Shown: piece after piece, positions 45,555 to 54,444 of the stretch | Layout of the letters: each line of letters begins with the position of its first letter | How positions within the stretch are numbered: the stretch's first letter is position 1 | Source: Myxococcales bacterium | Lineage (GTDB): Bacteria; Myxococcota_A; UBA9042; JABWCM01; BTVJ01 | Direction: 5' to 3' | Assembly (NCBI GenBank): GCA_045863395.1 | Contig: BTVJ01000014.1 | Coordinates: forward strand, 52,472 to 116,471 | DNA: 64,000 bases | Program-made: the position numbers and the translations under genes | The notes under the pieces: model-generated | Told to the model about the DNA's origin: nothing | Database searches by the model: none | What the model saw: the letters and a program-made list of their open reading frames with translations, nothing else

Positions 45555-45997
45555 GCATGGACCTGCGCGACCTCTACCAGGAGGTCATCCTGGATCACAA
45601 CCGGCGCCCCCGGAACTTCCACGCGATGGACGGCTCGACGGGGCACGCGGTCGGGCACAACCCGCTCTGCGGCGATCAGGTCACCGTGTGGGTGGCGGTG
45701 CGGGACGGGCTCGTGACGGACGTCAGCTTTCAGGGCTCCGGCTGCGCCATCTCTACTGCGTCGGCCTCCGTCATGACCGAGGTGCTGCGGGGCAAGTCGG
45801 TGGCCGAGGCGGAGCGCCTGTATCACGTCTTCCACGAGCTGGTGACCGATGGGGCGGAGGTGACCGAAGACCTCGGCAAGCTCGCTGTCTTTGCGGGCGT
45901 CGGGCAGTATCCGGCGCGGGTCAAGTGCGCGTCCCTCGCCTGGCACACGGTCCACGCCGCGCTGACCGGTGAGGCGGAGACCATCTCTACGGAGTAG
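45551..45997 (+). CDS. sufU: SufU-type sulfur-transfer scaffold protein
   Basis: ATGA overlap with sufS. LYQEVILDHNRRPRNF, HNPLCGDQVTVWV, GSGCAISTASASVMTE, ARVKCASLAW. Confidence 0.9.
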   Translation: MSMDLRDLYQEVILDHNRRPRNFHAMDGSTGHAVGHNPLCGDQVTVWVAVRDGLVTDVSFQGSGCAISTASASVMTEVLRGKSVAEAERLYHVFHELVTDGAEVTEDLGKLAVFAGVGQYPARVKCASLAWHTVHAALTGEAETISTE

Positions 45998-46003
45998 GAG
46001 CCC

Positions 46004-46390
46004 ATGAATCATCTCGCCCACGACGAGGATCTGGACGGCTTCTCCACGCGGCTCGCGCCCCCACCACGGGCCCCGGTCGCGGCGGACAGCCCCCTGAAGG
46101 ACCGCATCGTCGACGCGCTGAAGACGGTGTACGACCCCGAGATTCCCGTGGACATCTGGGAGCTCGGGTTGATCTACGACGTGCTGATTCGCGCGGACAA
46201 CACCGTCGCCTTGACCATGACCCTCACGTCGCCGTTCTGCCCCGTGGCGGGCATCCTCCCTGGCGAGGTGGAGGCGAAGGTGCGCGCAGTAGACGGCGTG
46301 ACCGACGTGACCCTGGAGCTGGTCTGGGATCCGCCCTGGTCGCCGGAGCTCATGTCCGAGGGGGCGAAGCTGGAGCTCGGGTTCTTCTGA
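46004..46390 (+). CDS. sufT: DUF59 / SufT-like Fe-S assembly protein
   Basis: VYDPEIPVDIWELGLIYD, TLTSPFCPVAG, WDPPWSPELMSEGAK. Confidence 0.85.
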   Translation: MNHLAHDEDLDGFSTRLAPPPRAPVAADSPLKDRIVDALKTVYDPEIPVDIWELGLIYDVLIRADNTVALTMTLTSPFCPVAGILPGEVEAKVRAVDGVTDVTLELVWDPPWSPELMSEGAKLELGFF

Positions 46391-46491
46391 GACGGGCGCT
46401 GCTCGGGGCCCCCAGCGCACGCCATTGCGGTCCCACTCGGGACTTGTCGTAGCCAAATGCCAGGCGTATCCTCGCGGCACGAGGTCTACCC

Positions 46492-48984
46492 GTGAGATGC
46501 GCGCTCCCCCCGATGGTGGCCATGCTGACGTTCGCGCTTGCCGCCTGTGGGGACGGAGCGCCACCGATGCCTCCGCCCGGCACTGGCAGCGACGCCGACT
46601 CGACGGCCTCGGACGCGGGCGTCGCGCCCGATGCCGCTGCCGAAGTGACTGAGACCCCCGACGTACCCACCCAGGACGCCGCCGAACCAACCGACGCCGA
46701 GTCGAGCACGGATGCGGCGGACGGCGTGGACGTCGGCTGGGGCGACGTGGGCTTCGACGCCGTGGATGGCTCCTGGGACGCCGGGCAGGACGCCGCCCAG
46801 GACTCCGGGCAGGGCGCCGGGGATGCAGACGGGGACACGGATGCCGCCGGCGGACCGGTCCCTTGCGCAGAGGACGCCGACTGCGACGACGGCTGGGCGT
46901 GCACCGCGGACGCCTGCGTCGCCGCGGCCTGCCAGCACGTGGCGGTGGCGGGGTGCGTCGAGGTGGCCTGCTTCACGGACGGCGCGTGCGGGGGGAGCCC
47001 CTGCGAGACGTGGGCCTGCGAGCCGTGCGCTCCGCCCCACGCAGGCTGTCCGGACGGGGCGCGGGGGTGCAGGCGGCTCGCCCTGACCGTGTGCGACGAC
47101 GGTGAGCCCTGCACCGTGGACACATGCGAGGCGGGCGGGTGCAGCCACAACCCCGTGGACTGCGACGACGGCGACCCGTGCACCACCGACGGGTGTGACC
47201 AGGACGGCGGGTGTACGCACGCCGCGGATTCGGCCTGCGGGTGCGCCGCGGACGGAGAGTGCGACGACGGCGACGGCTGCACCACCGACTCGTGTGTGGC
47301 TGGGGGCTGCGTCCACGCCGCCCTGTCGTGCCTCGACGCGGACCCCTGCACGGTGGACGCGTGCCAAGGCGGGGCCTGCGTCCACACGCCGGTGGTGTGC
47401 GACGATGGCGACCCATGCACGGGCGACGCCTGCGACGCGTTCACTGGCCTCTGCGCCGCTGCGCCCCTCTGCAGCGACGGGGACCCATGCACTGTGGACT
47501 CGTGCGCTGCCGGGGCGTGCTCCCAGTCTCCGCTCGACTGCGACGACGGCGATCCCTGCACGGAGGACGTGTGCGTCGCGGGAGCCTGCGCGTCGACGCT
47601 GGACCTCGGCTGTGCTGCCTGCGCCGCCGGGGTCTGCGACGACGGCAACGCCTGCACCGTCGACGCCTGCGACGGCGGCGCCTGCTCCCACGCGCCCCTG
47701 AGCTGCGACGACGGGGACCCGTGCACGACCGACGGGTGCAAGCCGCTGTCGGGCTGCGTCGCGGCGGCGCTCTTCTGCGACGACGGCAACCCGTGCACCG
47801 TCGACTCGTGCGGAGCGGGCGGGTGCTCGTTCGCGCCCGTCGCGTGCGATGACGGCGACGCCTGCACGACGGACGCCTGCGTCCTGGGCCTGGGCTGCCA
47901 GAGTGTTCCATCGCTCTGCCCGGACGACGACCCCTGCGCCGACTTCGCGTGCGACGCGCTGGCGGGCTGCATCGCGCTGCCCGTGGACTGCACGGACGGG
48001 GACCCGTGCACCGACGACGGGTGTGCCGGGGGAGCGTGCGTCCACGCCCCGACCGCCTGCGACCTCGACGACGATCCGTGCACCTGGGACGGCTGCATCC
48101 AGGGCTCCGGCTGCACCTACCCGCTGCTCGGTTGCACGGACTTCGATGCGTGCACCCAGGATCTGTGCGACCCAGCGACGGGGTGCTCTTACGTGGTGGT
48201 GTCCTGCGACGACGGACTCGCGTGTACCGCGGACACCTGCGACCCGAGCGCCGGCTGTCTCCACGAGGTCCTCTGCGACGACGGGGTGCCATGTACCACT
48301 GACCTGTGCACCGCGTCCGGGTGCGTCCACGCAGCGACGTGCGACGACGGCGACCCGTGCACCACGGACACGTGCTCCGGCGGCGCGTGCGCCCACGGCG
48401 TCGTGCCGTGCCACGACGACCTCCCCTGCACCCTCGACGGGTGCGATTCGGGCACCGGCGCGTGCACCCATACGCCGCTCGCCGGATGCACCGGCTGCTC
48501 CGTGAGCCTCTGCGACGACGGGGACCCTTGCACCGAAGACGAGTGCAGCGCGGGCGACACCTGCGTCCACTCCCCACTCTCCTGCGATGACGGCAACGCC
48601 TGCACCGCGGACTCCTGTGCACCTGGCGGGTGCGTCCATGCGCAGGCCCCGTGCGACGACGGCGACGCCTGCACCCTGGACCTCTGCGATCCGCTGAGCG
48701 GCGCGTGCTTCACGGTCGAGACGGACTGCGGCGACGGCGACCCATGCACCCTGGACTCCTGCGCCGGTGGGCTGTGCGCGTCCGTGCCCATTCCGGGCTG
48801 TGGCGGCTGCGCTGGCGACGCCGACTGCGCCGACGGAGAGCCCTGCACGGCGGACACCTGCGAAGCCGGCGCCTGCGCTCACGGGGCGGTGTCCTGCGAC
48901 GACGGCGACCCCTGCACGGCCGACGGGTGCAACGGCCTGACGGGGGCGTGCGACCACGCGACGCTGCCCGGCTGTGTTCCATGA
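46492..48984 (+). CDS. 830-aa lipoprotein made almost entirely of CDDG(D/N)xCTxDxC cysteine-rich repeats
   Basis: GTG start. MRCALPPMVAMLTFALAAC (lipobox), acidic linker, then more than 25 consecutive repeats (for example CDDGDPCTTDGC, CDDGNACTVDAC). Confidence 0.8.
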   Translation: MRCALPPMVAMLTFALAACGDGAPPMPPPGTGSDADSTASDAGVAPDAAAEVTETPDVPTQDAAEPTDAESSTDAADGVDVGWGDVGFDAVDGSWDAGQDAAQDSGQGAGDADGDTDAAGGPVPCAEDADCDDGWACTADACVAAACQHVAVAGCVEVACFTDGACGGSPCETWACEPCAPPHAGCPDGARGCRRLALTVCDDGEPCTVDTCEAGGCSHNPVDCDDGDPCTTDGCDQDGGCTHAADSACGCAADGECDDGDGCTTDSCVAGGCVHAALSCLDADPCTVDACQGGACVHTPVVCDDGDPCTGDACDAFTGLCAAAPLCSDGDPCTVDSCAAGACSQSPLDCDDGDPCTEDVCVAGACASTLDLGCAACAAGVCDDGNACTVDACDGGACSHAPLSCDDGDPCTTDGCKPLSGCVAAALFCDDGNPCTVDSCGAGGCSFAPVACDDGDACTTDACVLGLGCQSVPSLCPDDDPCADFACDALAGCIALPVDCTDGDPCTDDGCAGGACVHAPTACDLDDDPCTWDGCIQGSGCTYPLLGCTDFDACTQDLCDPATGCSYVVVSCDDGLACTADTCDPSAGCLHEVLCDDGVPCTTDLCTASGCVHAATCDDGDPCTTDTCSGGACAHGVVPCHDDLPCTLDGCDSGTGACTHTPLAGCTGCSVSLCDDGDPCTEDECSAGDTCVHSPLSCDDGNACTADSCAPGGCVHAQAPCDDGDACTLDLCDPLSGACFTVETDCGDGDPCTLDSCAGGLCASVPIPGCGGCAGDADCADGEPCTADTCEAGACAHGAVSCDDGDPCTADGCNGLTGACDHATLPGCVP

Positions 48985-48997
48985 AGGAGGCTACCCC

Positions 48998-51568
48998 ATG
49001 AGCCGCTCCACGCTCCGCTCGGCCCTCATCGCGGTCCTGCTGGTGGCCTCCACTGCCCGCGCCGATGTCATCGCGGTGCAGGGGCTGCTGCGGGACACCG
49101 GCGGCCAGCCTCTGTCCCAGACCTCGTTCTCCGTCACGTTCCGCGTGTGGTCGGCGCAGAGCGGTGGGTCGGTCCTCTATACGCAGGCCGTGCCAGGGCT
49201 GGCCGTGGACAAGGGCGTGTTCGACGCCGAGCTGGGGCCGCTCCCGGCGGGCCTGTTCTCGGCCAACCTCCAGACCTGGCTCGAGGTGCAGGTGGACGGC
49301 GAGACGGCGCTCCCGCGGACGCCGTTCCGGTGGACGCCCTACGCGCTCCACGCGGGGCGAGCGACCCTGGCGGACGCCGCCTCGGCCCTGAGCTGCTCCG
49401 GCTGTGTGACGACGAGCCAGGTGGCCTCAAACGCCGTCGGGAGCGGCGCAATCCAGGCGCAGTCGGTCACAGCGGCCAAGATCGCTCCTGGCGCTCTTGA
49501 GTCGCTGGGGTTCGTCAAGCTCACCAACCTCGCGGACGTGGCGCTGTCCGGCAGCTACCTGGATCTCTCCGACGCCCCGGACCTGGCCGCCTATGCGCGG
49601 AAGGACGCGACCAACGTGTTCACGCAGCCCCAGGGGTTCACGGGCCAGGTGACGGCGTCCGGGGGCCTCCTGGTGGCGGGCGGCACAGCCGATGTCACCG
49701 CGGTCGTCACCAAGGGGCTGCGCGTGGAGGGTGCCGGGAGCGCTCCCGCGGCCTGCAACGGGGCCGCCGCCGGGCGCGTCTACTTCGACACGGGGACGAA
49801 GCTGCTGCAGGTGTGCGATGGCACCGCGTGGAAGCCGGTCGGGGCGGCGGGGGCGCGGGCCATCCTGTCGATGGCTCCCGTGGCGACGGACTTCGGCAAG
49901 ACGACGAGCGCGGTGTCCAAGTCCATCGCGATCACGAACGTGGGCGACGCGGCGGCCACCGGCCTCGCGCTTTCCGCCACGCCGGACCAGGGCTTCACCA
50001 TCGCGTCCACCACCTGCGGGGGCACGCTGGCGGCTGGTGCGTCGTGCGCGGCGACCGTCACCTTCAACCCTGGCGGGCTCGTGTCGGGCGCTCACGCGGG
50101 TGCCCTGGCGGTCGAGTCCGCCACCGCCGCATCCACCGCCGCCGTCCTGACCGGGACCGCGGGCGTGCTCCTGGGCAACACCCCGTCAACGGCCGCGGAG
50201 AGCTGCCTCGCGATCCTCCAGGCGGGTCAGACGGAGAGCGGGGTCTACTGGCTCGCGCCCGCCGACGGCGGCCAGGCGCAACCCTTCCAGGTCTACTGCG
50301 ACCAGGCGTCCGACGGGGGCGGCTGGGCCCTCGTGCTGAACCAGGTCGCGACGACCTACTACACGCTCCTGAGCCGCAACGCCGTCCTGACGACCCTCCA
50401 GACCCCCGGCGGGCACGAGCAGGTCCAGGCGATCTTCTCCAACGCGGCGGAGATCCGGTACACGGACACGGGGGGGACGGAGCTCCTCCACGCGGCCCTC
50501 GACGGACCCACGTACTGGGCCGCCCTCCAGAGCACGGTCTCCGTCCCCGTGCCTGTCACCTACCTGGCGGGGCCGCTCTCGGGCAAGGCGCGCAACATCG
50601 AGGTGCGCAACCTCTACCACTGGGGCCACCGGCACAACGTCCCCTACGTCAACGGCGTCGCCACGAACGTGCTGGACGTCTACGGTGCGGGCTGTCTGCA
50701 CACCTGCTGGGAGGACACGAACACCGTGGATCGTGTCTTCGCGGGTGACCACTGCAACAGCGCCACGAGCCCGTCCTTCTGCCCCGGCACGAGCCCGGTC
50801 TACACCTTCCCGGCCAACTCCACGCGGGGCGGCACCTTCAACTACCGCAAGTGGGTGCGCGCGGCGCCCGTCTCGACGGGCCCCGGCACCTCCCAGGGCA
50901 CTGCGGGCGCGAGCTGCCTGGACCTGCTCCAGAAGGGGGTCACGCAGAGCGGCGCCTATTGGATCAAGCCAGCCGGCGCCACGGCTGCGTTCCGCATCCA
51001 CTGCGACCAGACCACACTCGGGGGTGGCTGGATGTTGGTGTTCAGCCAGGTGTCCTCCACCTACTACACGCTGACCAGCCAGAACGCCGACCTGGTGAGC
51101 CCGTCCATCGCTGGCGGCCAGAAGCAGATCTTCACCATCCTGCCGAACATCAGCCAGATCCGGTACACGGACGAGGCCGGGACGACCTTCCTCCACGCCA
51201 CCATCGACGGCCCGGCCTACGCCTCGGCCCTCCAGCAGTCCACGTCGCGGGCCGTCGAGGTGACGTACCAGGGGGGGCCCCTCGCGGGCAAGACCCGGTA
51301 CATCGAGGTGCGCAACCTCTTCCACTGGGGCCACCGCAACAACACGCCGACGGTGGACGGCAAGCAGACGGCTGTCAACGACGTCTACGGCGACGCCTGC
51401 CGGCACGTGTGCTGGGAGGACACCAACGCCGTCGATCGGGTCTTCGCCGGGGACCACTGCCCGAGCGCGACGTCGCCGTCCTTCTGTCCGGCCACGGGGT
51501 CGTCCTACACGTTCCCGTCGAGCTCGACCCGGGGAGGGACCTTCAACTACCGGAAGTGGGTGCGGTGA
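48998..51568 (+). CDS. secreted protein with a tail-fibre-like N-terminal region and two tandem fibrinogen-C-terminal-like (FReD-like) modules
   Basis: Start MSRSTLRSALIAVLLVASTARA. Two roughly 215-aa repeats, each with SCL..LQ.G...SG.YW..P.......F...CDQ...GGGW.LV, both ending TRGGTFNYRKWVR. Confidence 0.7.
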   Translation: MSRSTLRSALIAVLLVASTARADVIAVQGLLRDTGGQPLSQTSFSVTFRVWSAQSGGSVLYTQAVPGLAVDKGVFDAELGPLPAGLFSANLQTWLEVQVDGETALPRTPFRWTPYALHAGRATLADAASALSCSGCVTTSQVASNAVGSGAIQAQSVTAAKIAPGALESLGFVKLTNLADVALSGSYLDLSDAPDLAAYARKDATNVFTQPQGFTGQVTASGGLLVAGGTADVTAVVTKGLRVEGAGSAPAACNGAAAGRVYFDTGTKLLQVCDGTAWKPVGAAGARAILSMAPVATDFGKTTSAVSKSIAITNVGDAAATGLALSATPDQGFTIASTTCGGTLAAGASCAATVTFNPGGLVSGAHAGALAVESATAASTAAVLTGTAGVLLGNTPSTAAESCLAILQAGQTESGVYWLAPADGGQAQPFQVYCDQASDGGGWALVLNQVATTYYTLLSRNAVLTTLQTPGGHEQVQAIFSNAAEIRYTDTGGTELLHAALDGPTYWAALQSTVSVPVPVTYLAGPLSGKARNIEVRNLYHWGHRHNVPYVNGVATNVLDVYGAGCLHTCWEDTNTVDRVFAGDHCNSATSPSFCPGTSPVYTFPANSTRGGTFNYRKWVRAAPVSTGPGTSQGTAGASCLDLLQKGVTQSGAYWIKPAGATAAFRIHCDQTTLGGGWMLVFSQVSSTYYTLTSQNADLVSPSIAGGQKQIFTILPNISQIRYTDEAGTTFLHATIDGPAYASALQQSTSRAVEVTYQGGPLAGKTRYIEVRNLFHWGHRNNTPTVDGKQTAVNDVYGDACRHVCWEDTNAVDRVFAGDHCPSATSPSFCPATGSSYTFPSSSTRGGTFNYRKWVR

Positions 51569-51631
51569 CGGAGACGAGCGCGGTGGCCGGTCGCGCTCCT
51601 CGATGGGCGCGGCTGCCCCTGCACACGCGGC

Positions 51632-52495
51632 TCATCTCCAGGTGGTCAGCGCCTCTCGGGTGCCGGTGTGCATGGTCCAGTGGCCGGTGAGCACCCACCC
51701 CATGCCGCGCTCGTGGTACATGGCGTAGCCGCGCTCGCCGAGCAGCGAACGCAGCTTCCGCTCCGTCCGGGAGCGCTCCGTGTCCAGCTTGCGCCACGCC
51801 TCGTGGACCGTCAGCTCGCGCCGCTGGAGCGCCGCCTGGGTCCGCTCGATGACGTCCACCTCGTGGTCCAGCAGGCGCTGGAGGTCTCGGCGGCCACGCG
51901 CCGACAGGTTTGCGTCCCGGGCGAAGCGCGCCAGGTCCGCGGCGCGGGCAGCCGTCAGCTCCTCCTCCTGCACGGCACGGTCCTCCTCCTCCCGTGCAGC
52001 CAGCTCCTCGCGGACGATGCGCCGCAGGTCCTCCTCCGTCGGCGCCGGGGGCGCTGCCTCGACCGGCTCCTCCAGATCGAGCAGGTCGGGCTCCTCGTCG
52101 TCGACCGCGATGTCGGGCTCCGGCGCAGGCTCGACCTCGGGGACTGGCACGGGCTGCGCGACCACCGGCGCAGGGCGGCTCGTCACCCGGTAGTACCGCT
52201 CCCCGGTGCGCGGGTCCTCCATCTCGTGCATGGTGATGGCGCCGCGGCTCAGCTCGAGACCGGTCGGGATGCCCGGTCCTGCCTCGGGCTCGGGGCCCGA
52301 CTCCCTCTCGGGCGGCGATGTCACCTCCTCGGCAGGGGGACCCAGGTCGGGGCCTGGCACGGGAGCGTCCGTCGGCGGGGCCTCGATGGCGACGGTGGTG
52401 GGGCCTTGGGGGGATGGCCGGTCGGTCAGTGACCAGATGGCCACGGCGGCGGCAGCGACGAACAGCGCCCAGGGGAGCACGACGCGCAGCTTCAT
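51632..52495 (-). CDS. hypothetical membrane-anchored Pro/Glu-rich protein
   Basis: Start MKLRVVLPWALFVAAAAVAIWSL. P/E-rich linker, helical C-terminus. Confidence 0.6.
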   Translation of the reverse strand: MKLRVVLPWALFVAAAAVAIWSLTDRPSPQGPTTVAIEAPPTDAPVPGPDLGPPAEEVTSPPERESGPEPEAGPGIPTGLELSRGAITMHEMEDPRTGERYYRVTSRPAPVVAQPVPVPEVEPAPEPDIAVDDEEPDLLDLEEPVEAAPPAPTEEDLRRIVREELAAREEEDRAVQEEELTAARAADLARFARDANLSARGRRDLQRLLDHEVDVIERTQAALQRRELTVHEAWRKLDTERSRTERKLRSLLGERGYAMYHERGMGWVLTGHWTMHTGTREALTTWR

Positions 52496-52595
52496 GCGGT
52501 CCTCCTCGGCCGGGTCACGCCGGCCTGCGAGCGACACCCGCTCCTGTCATGGTAGCACTCCTGGACGGTGATGCGTAGGCGGGTTCCTGTGCGCG

Positions 52596-53276
52596 TCAGG
52601 ACGGCGCGCTGGCCGGGGGCGTGCCGGCGTGGGCCCGAAGCGCACCGACGAGCAGGTCGATGCCCACGTTGGCGGCGGCGATGCGCTCCGCGTCGGTCTG
52701 CACGAGCTGGAAGACCCGCTCCACGACGAAGCTCGCGAGCCCGTGGGCGGTCGCCCACACCGTCCGGTAGAGGTCCGCGACCCGGTCGTCGCCGGGCGGG
52801 AGGGCGGCGCGCCACCGCGCCAGGAGCTCCTCGCGGGCAGCCTCGGCTGGAGCGAGGCGCGCCCGTGCGTCCGGGACCAGGCCCAGCCCCTCCGTCGTCG
52901 GACGCGAGAACTGGAGCCTGAACCAGTGCGGGTTGGCTGCCGCGAAGCGCACGTAGGTCGTGGCGAAGCGCGAGATCGAGTCGAATGCGTCCCGCGCGCC
53001 GCTCTGGGCCTCCTGCTGTGCCTCCACGAAGCGCAGGAAGCCGCGCACCGCCACCTCTGCCAGCAGCGCCTCGCGGCTGTCGAAGTGCCGGTAGAGGGCT
53101 GCGTCGCTCACGCCGAGCCGCTTCGCCAGGCCCCTCATGGTGAGCGCGCCGTGACCCTCGCTCTCGACCATCGCCGTGGCCGCGACCACGAGCTGCTCGG
53201 CGAGGTCGCCGTGGTGGAAGCGCCCGGGCTCCTTGGGCCTTGGGCGCCCCTTGTTGACAGCGTCGGGGGATCTCAT
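52596..53276 (-). CDS. TetR-family transcriptional regulator
   Basis: HTH region GALTMRGLAKRLGVSDAALYRHFDSREALLAEV. Start MRSPDAVNKG at 53276. Confidence 0.9.
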   Translation of the reverse strand: MRSPDAVNKGRPRPKEPGRFHHGDLAEQLVVAATAMVESEGHGALTMRGLAKRLGVSDAALYRHFDSREALLAEVAVRGFLRFVEAQQEAQSGARDAFDSISRFATTYVRFAAANPHWFRLQFSRPTTEGLGLVPDARARLAPAEAAREELLARWRAALPPGDDRVADLYRTVWATAHGLASFVVERVFQLVQTDAERIAAANVGIDLLVGALRAHAGTPPASAPS

Positions 53277-53293
53277 GTTAGTGTCTCTAACAT
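53275..53293. promoter_or_regulatory. 19-bp palindrome ATGTTAG-TGTCT-CTAACAT, candidate TetR operator
   Basis: Perfect 7-bp arms in the 52-bp divergent TetR/cupin intergenic region. It overlaps the TetR start codon. Confidence 0.5.
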
Positions 53294-53328
53294 AGCACGG
53301 CAGTCCATCACACCATCCGGAGCGCAGC

Positions 53329-54009
53329 ATGTCATACTCACACGCGGACGCCAGTTCCAGGATGCAGCCCGGGGGCGGTGGCCCGGGCGCCGGCCTCGCG
53401 GAGGCCGGTCCGCGCGGTCCGGGGGGGGCGGGGGAGGCACCACTCCCGACCGCCTGGACCCCGACGCGCTACGAGCTCGCCTCGAAGCCCACCGGGGAGC
53501 ACTTCGCGTTCGTCGCATCGGCGCGCACGTCCCCGGACAAGCGCTTCCGCTTCGTCTGGACGCTGGCCGGAGGAAAGACCGGGCCGGGCGAGCACGTCCA
53601 CGAGGAGGAGGAGGAGGTCTTCGAGATCGTCTCGGGCACCCTCAGGATCTGGATGAACGGTGTGCCGGGCGACTACGGACCGGGGCAGCGCTGCGTGGTG
53701 CGACGGGGCACGCGACACCGGTTTCTCAACCCTGGGACGGTGCCGGCCGTGGTCAACGTGCACCTCGACGGGCCGCGCATGGAGGACGTCCTGGTCCCCG
53801 TCGCGGTCGCCGCCCATGGTCGCGCGCTCCGAGTCGGTGACCTGGCGCGCATGTTCTCAGGCTTCATCAGGCCGTACGCCTCGACACCGGTCGGGACCGT
53901 CGCGCCGGCGATCATGAGTGGGATCGTGGCGCTCCTCCGGTTCGCGGGGCTCAGGCCCCACCCGCCGGCCCACGGCTGGGACGCACCCGACCCGGTGGCA
54001 CGAGGGTAG
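53329..54009 (+). CDS. cupin-domain protein
   Basis: GEHVHEEEEEVFEIVSGTLRI...G..RHRFLNPG matches cupin motifs 1 and 2. Divergent from the TetR gene. Confidence 0.7.
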   Translation: MSYSHADASSRMQPGGGGPGAGLAEAGPRGPGGAGEAPLPTAWTPTRYELASKPTGEHFAFVASARTSPDKRFRFVWTLAGGKTGPGEHVHEEEEEVFEIVSGTLRIWMNGVPGDYGPGQRCVVRRGTRHRFLNPGTVPAVVNVHLDGPRMEDVLVPVAVAAHGRALRVGDLARMFSGFIRPYASTPVGTVAPAIMSGIVALLRFAGLRPHPPAHGWDAPDPVARG

Positions 54010-54444
54010 GCGCGCCCGGACGCCACGGCCGCCCGGCCTGCGGAGCGCGTGGTCTCCGCCCCTCGTCTCGTGCTCTCCCCGCGGCCCGCCCGACGCATCG
54101 GCGCCGCCCGCAGTGGCCCAACCCCAGGGCTGCGCTCCTCCCCTGGCACCGGAGTGTGGCGTCGCGGTCGCGCGTGGGGGCGGCTCGTCTGCTGCGAGGG
54201 TGCTCCCGCGCGTCATCGGCTCCGAGCGGCGCCTGCTCCCGCCGGGAGTGCGGGCGCACTTGCGCGGAAGCCGAACCCGGGAGGGCCAAGGTGTCTCCCC
54301 CGGGGACAGCGCGCCGCGATCTGAGGTAGTCTCCACGCGCGCGAGCCCGCACGCCTCGCGACGGCCACGCCCCGCGCGCGAGGTGGCGCCCATGGCGCCG
54401 TGCGGGATCCTTGCGCGGCAGCCTGGAGAGGAGACCCCGACCCC

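Noticed and set aside
46350-48957. Minus-strand ORFs 46350..48116 and 46486..48957, plus several + off-frame ORFs across the Cys-repeat lipoprotein gene
   Set aside because: Periodic repeats keep all frames open. Only the frame with a lipobox signal peptide and regular Cys spacing is biologically coherent.
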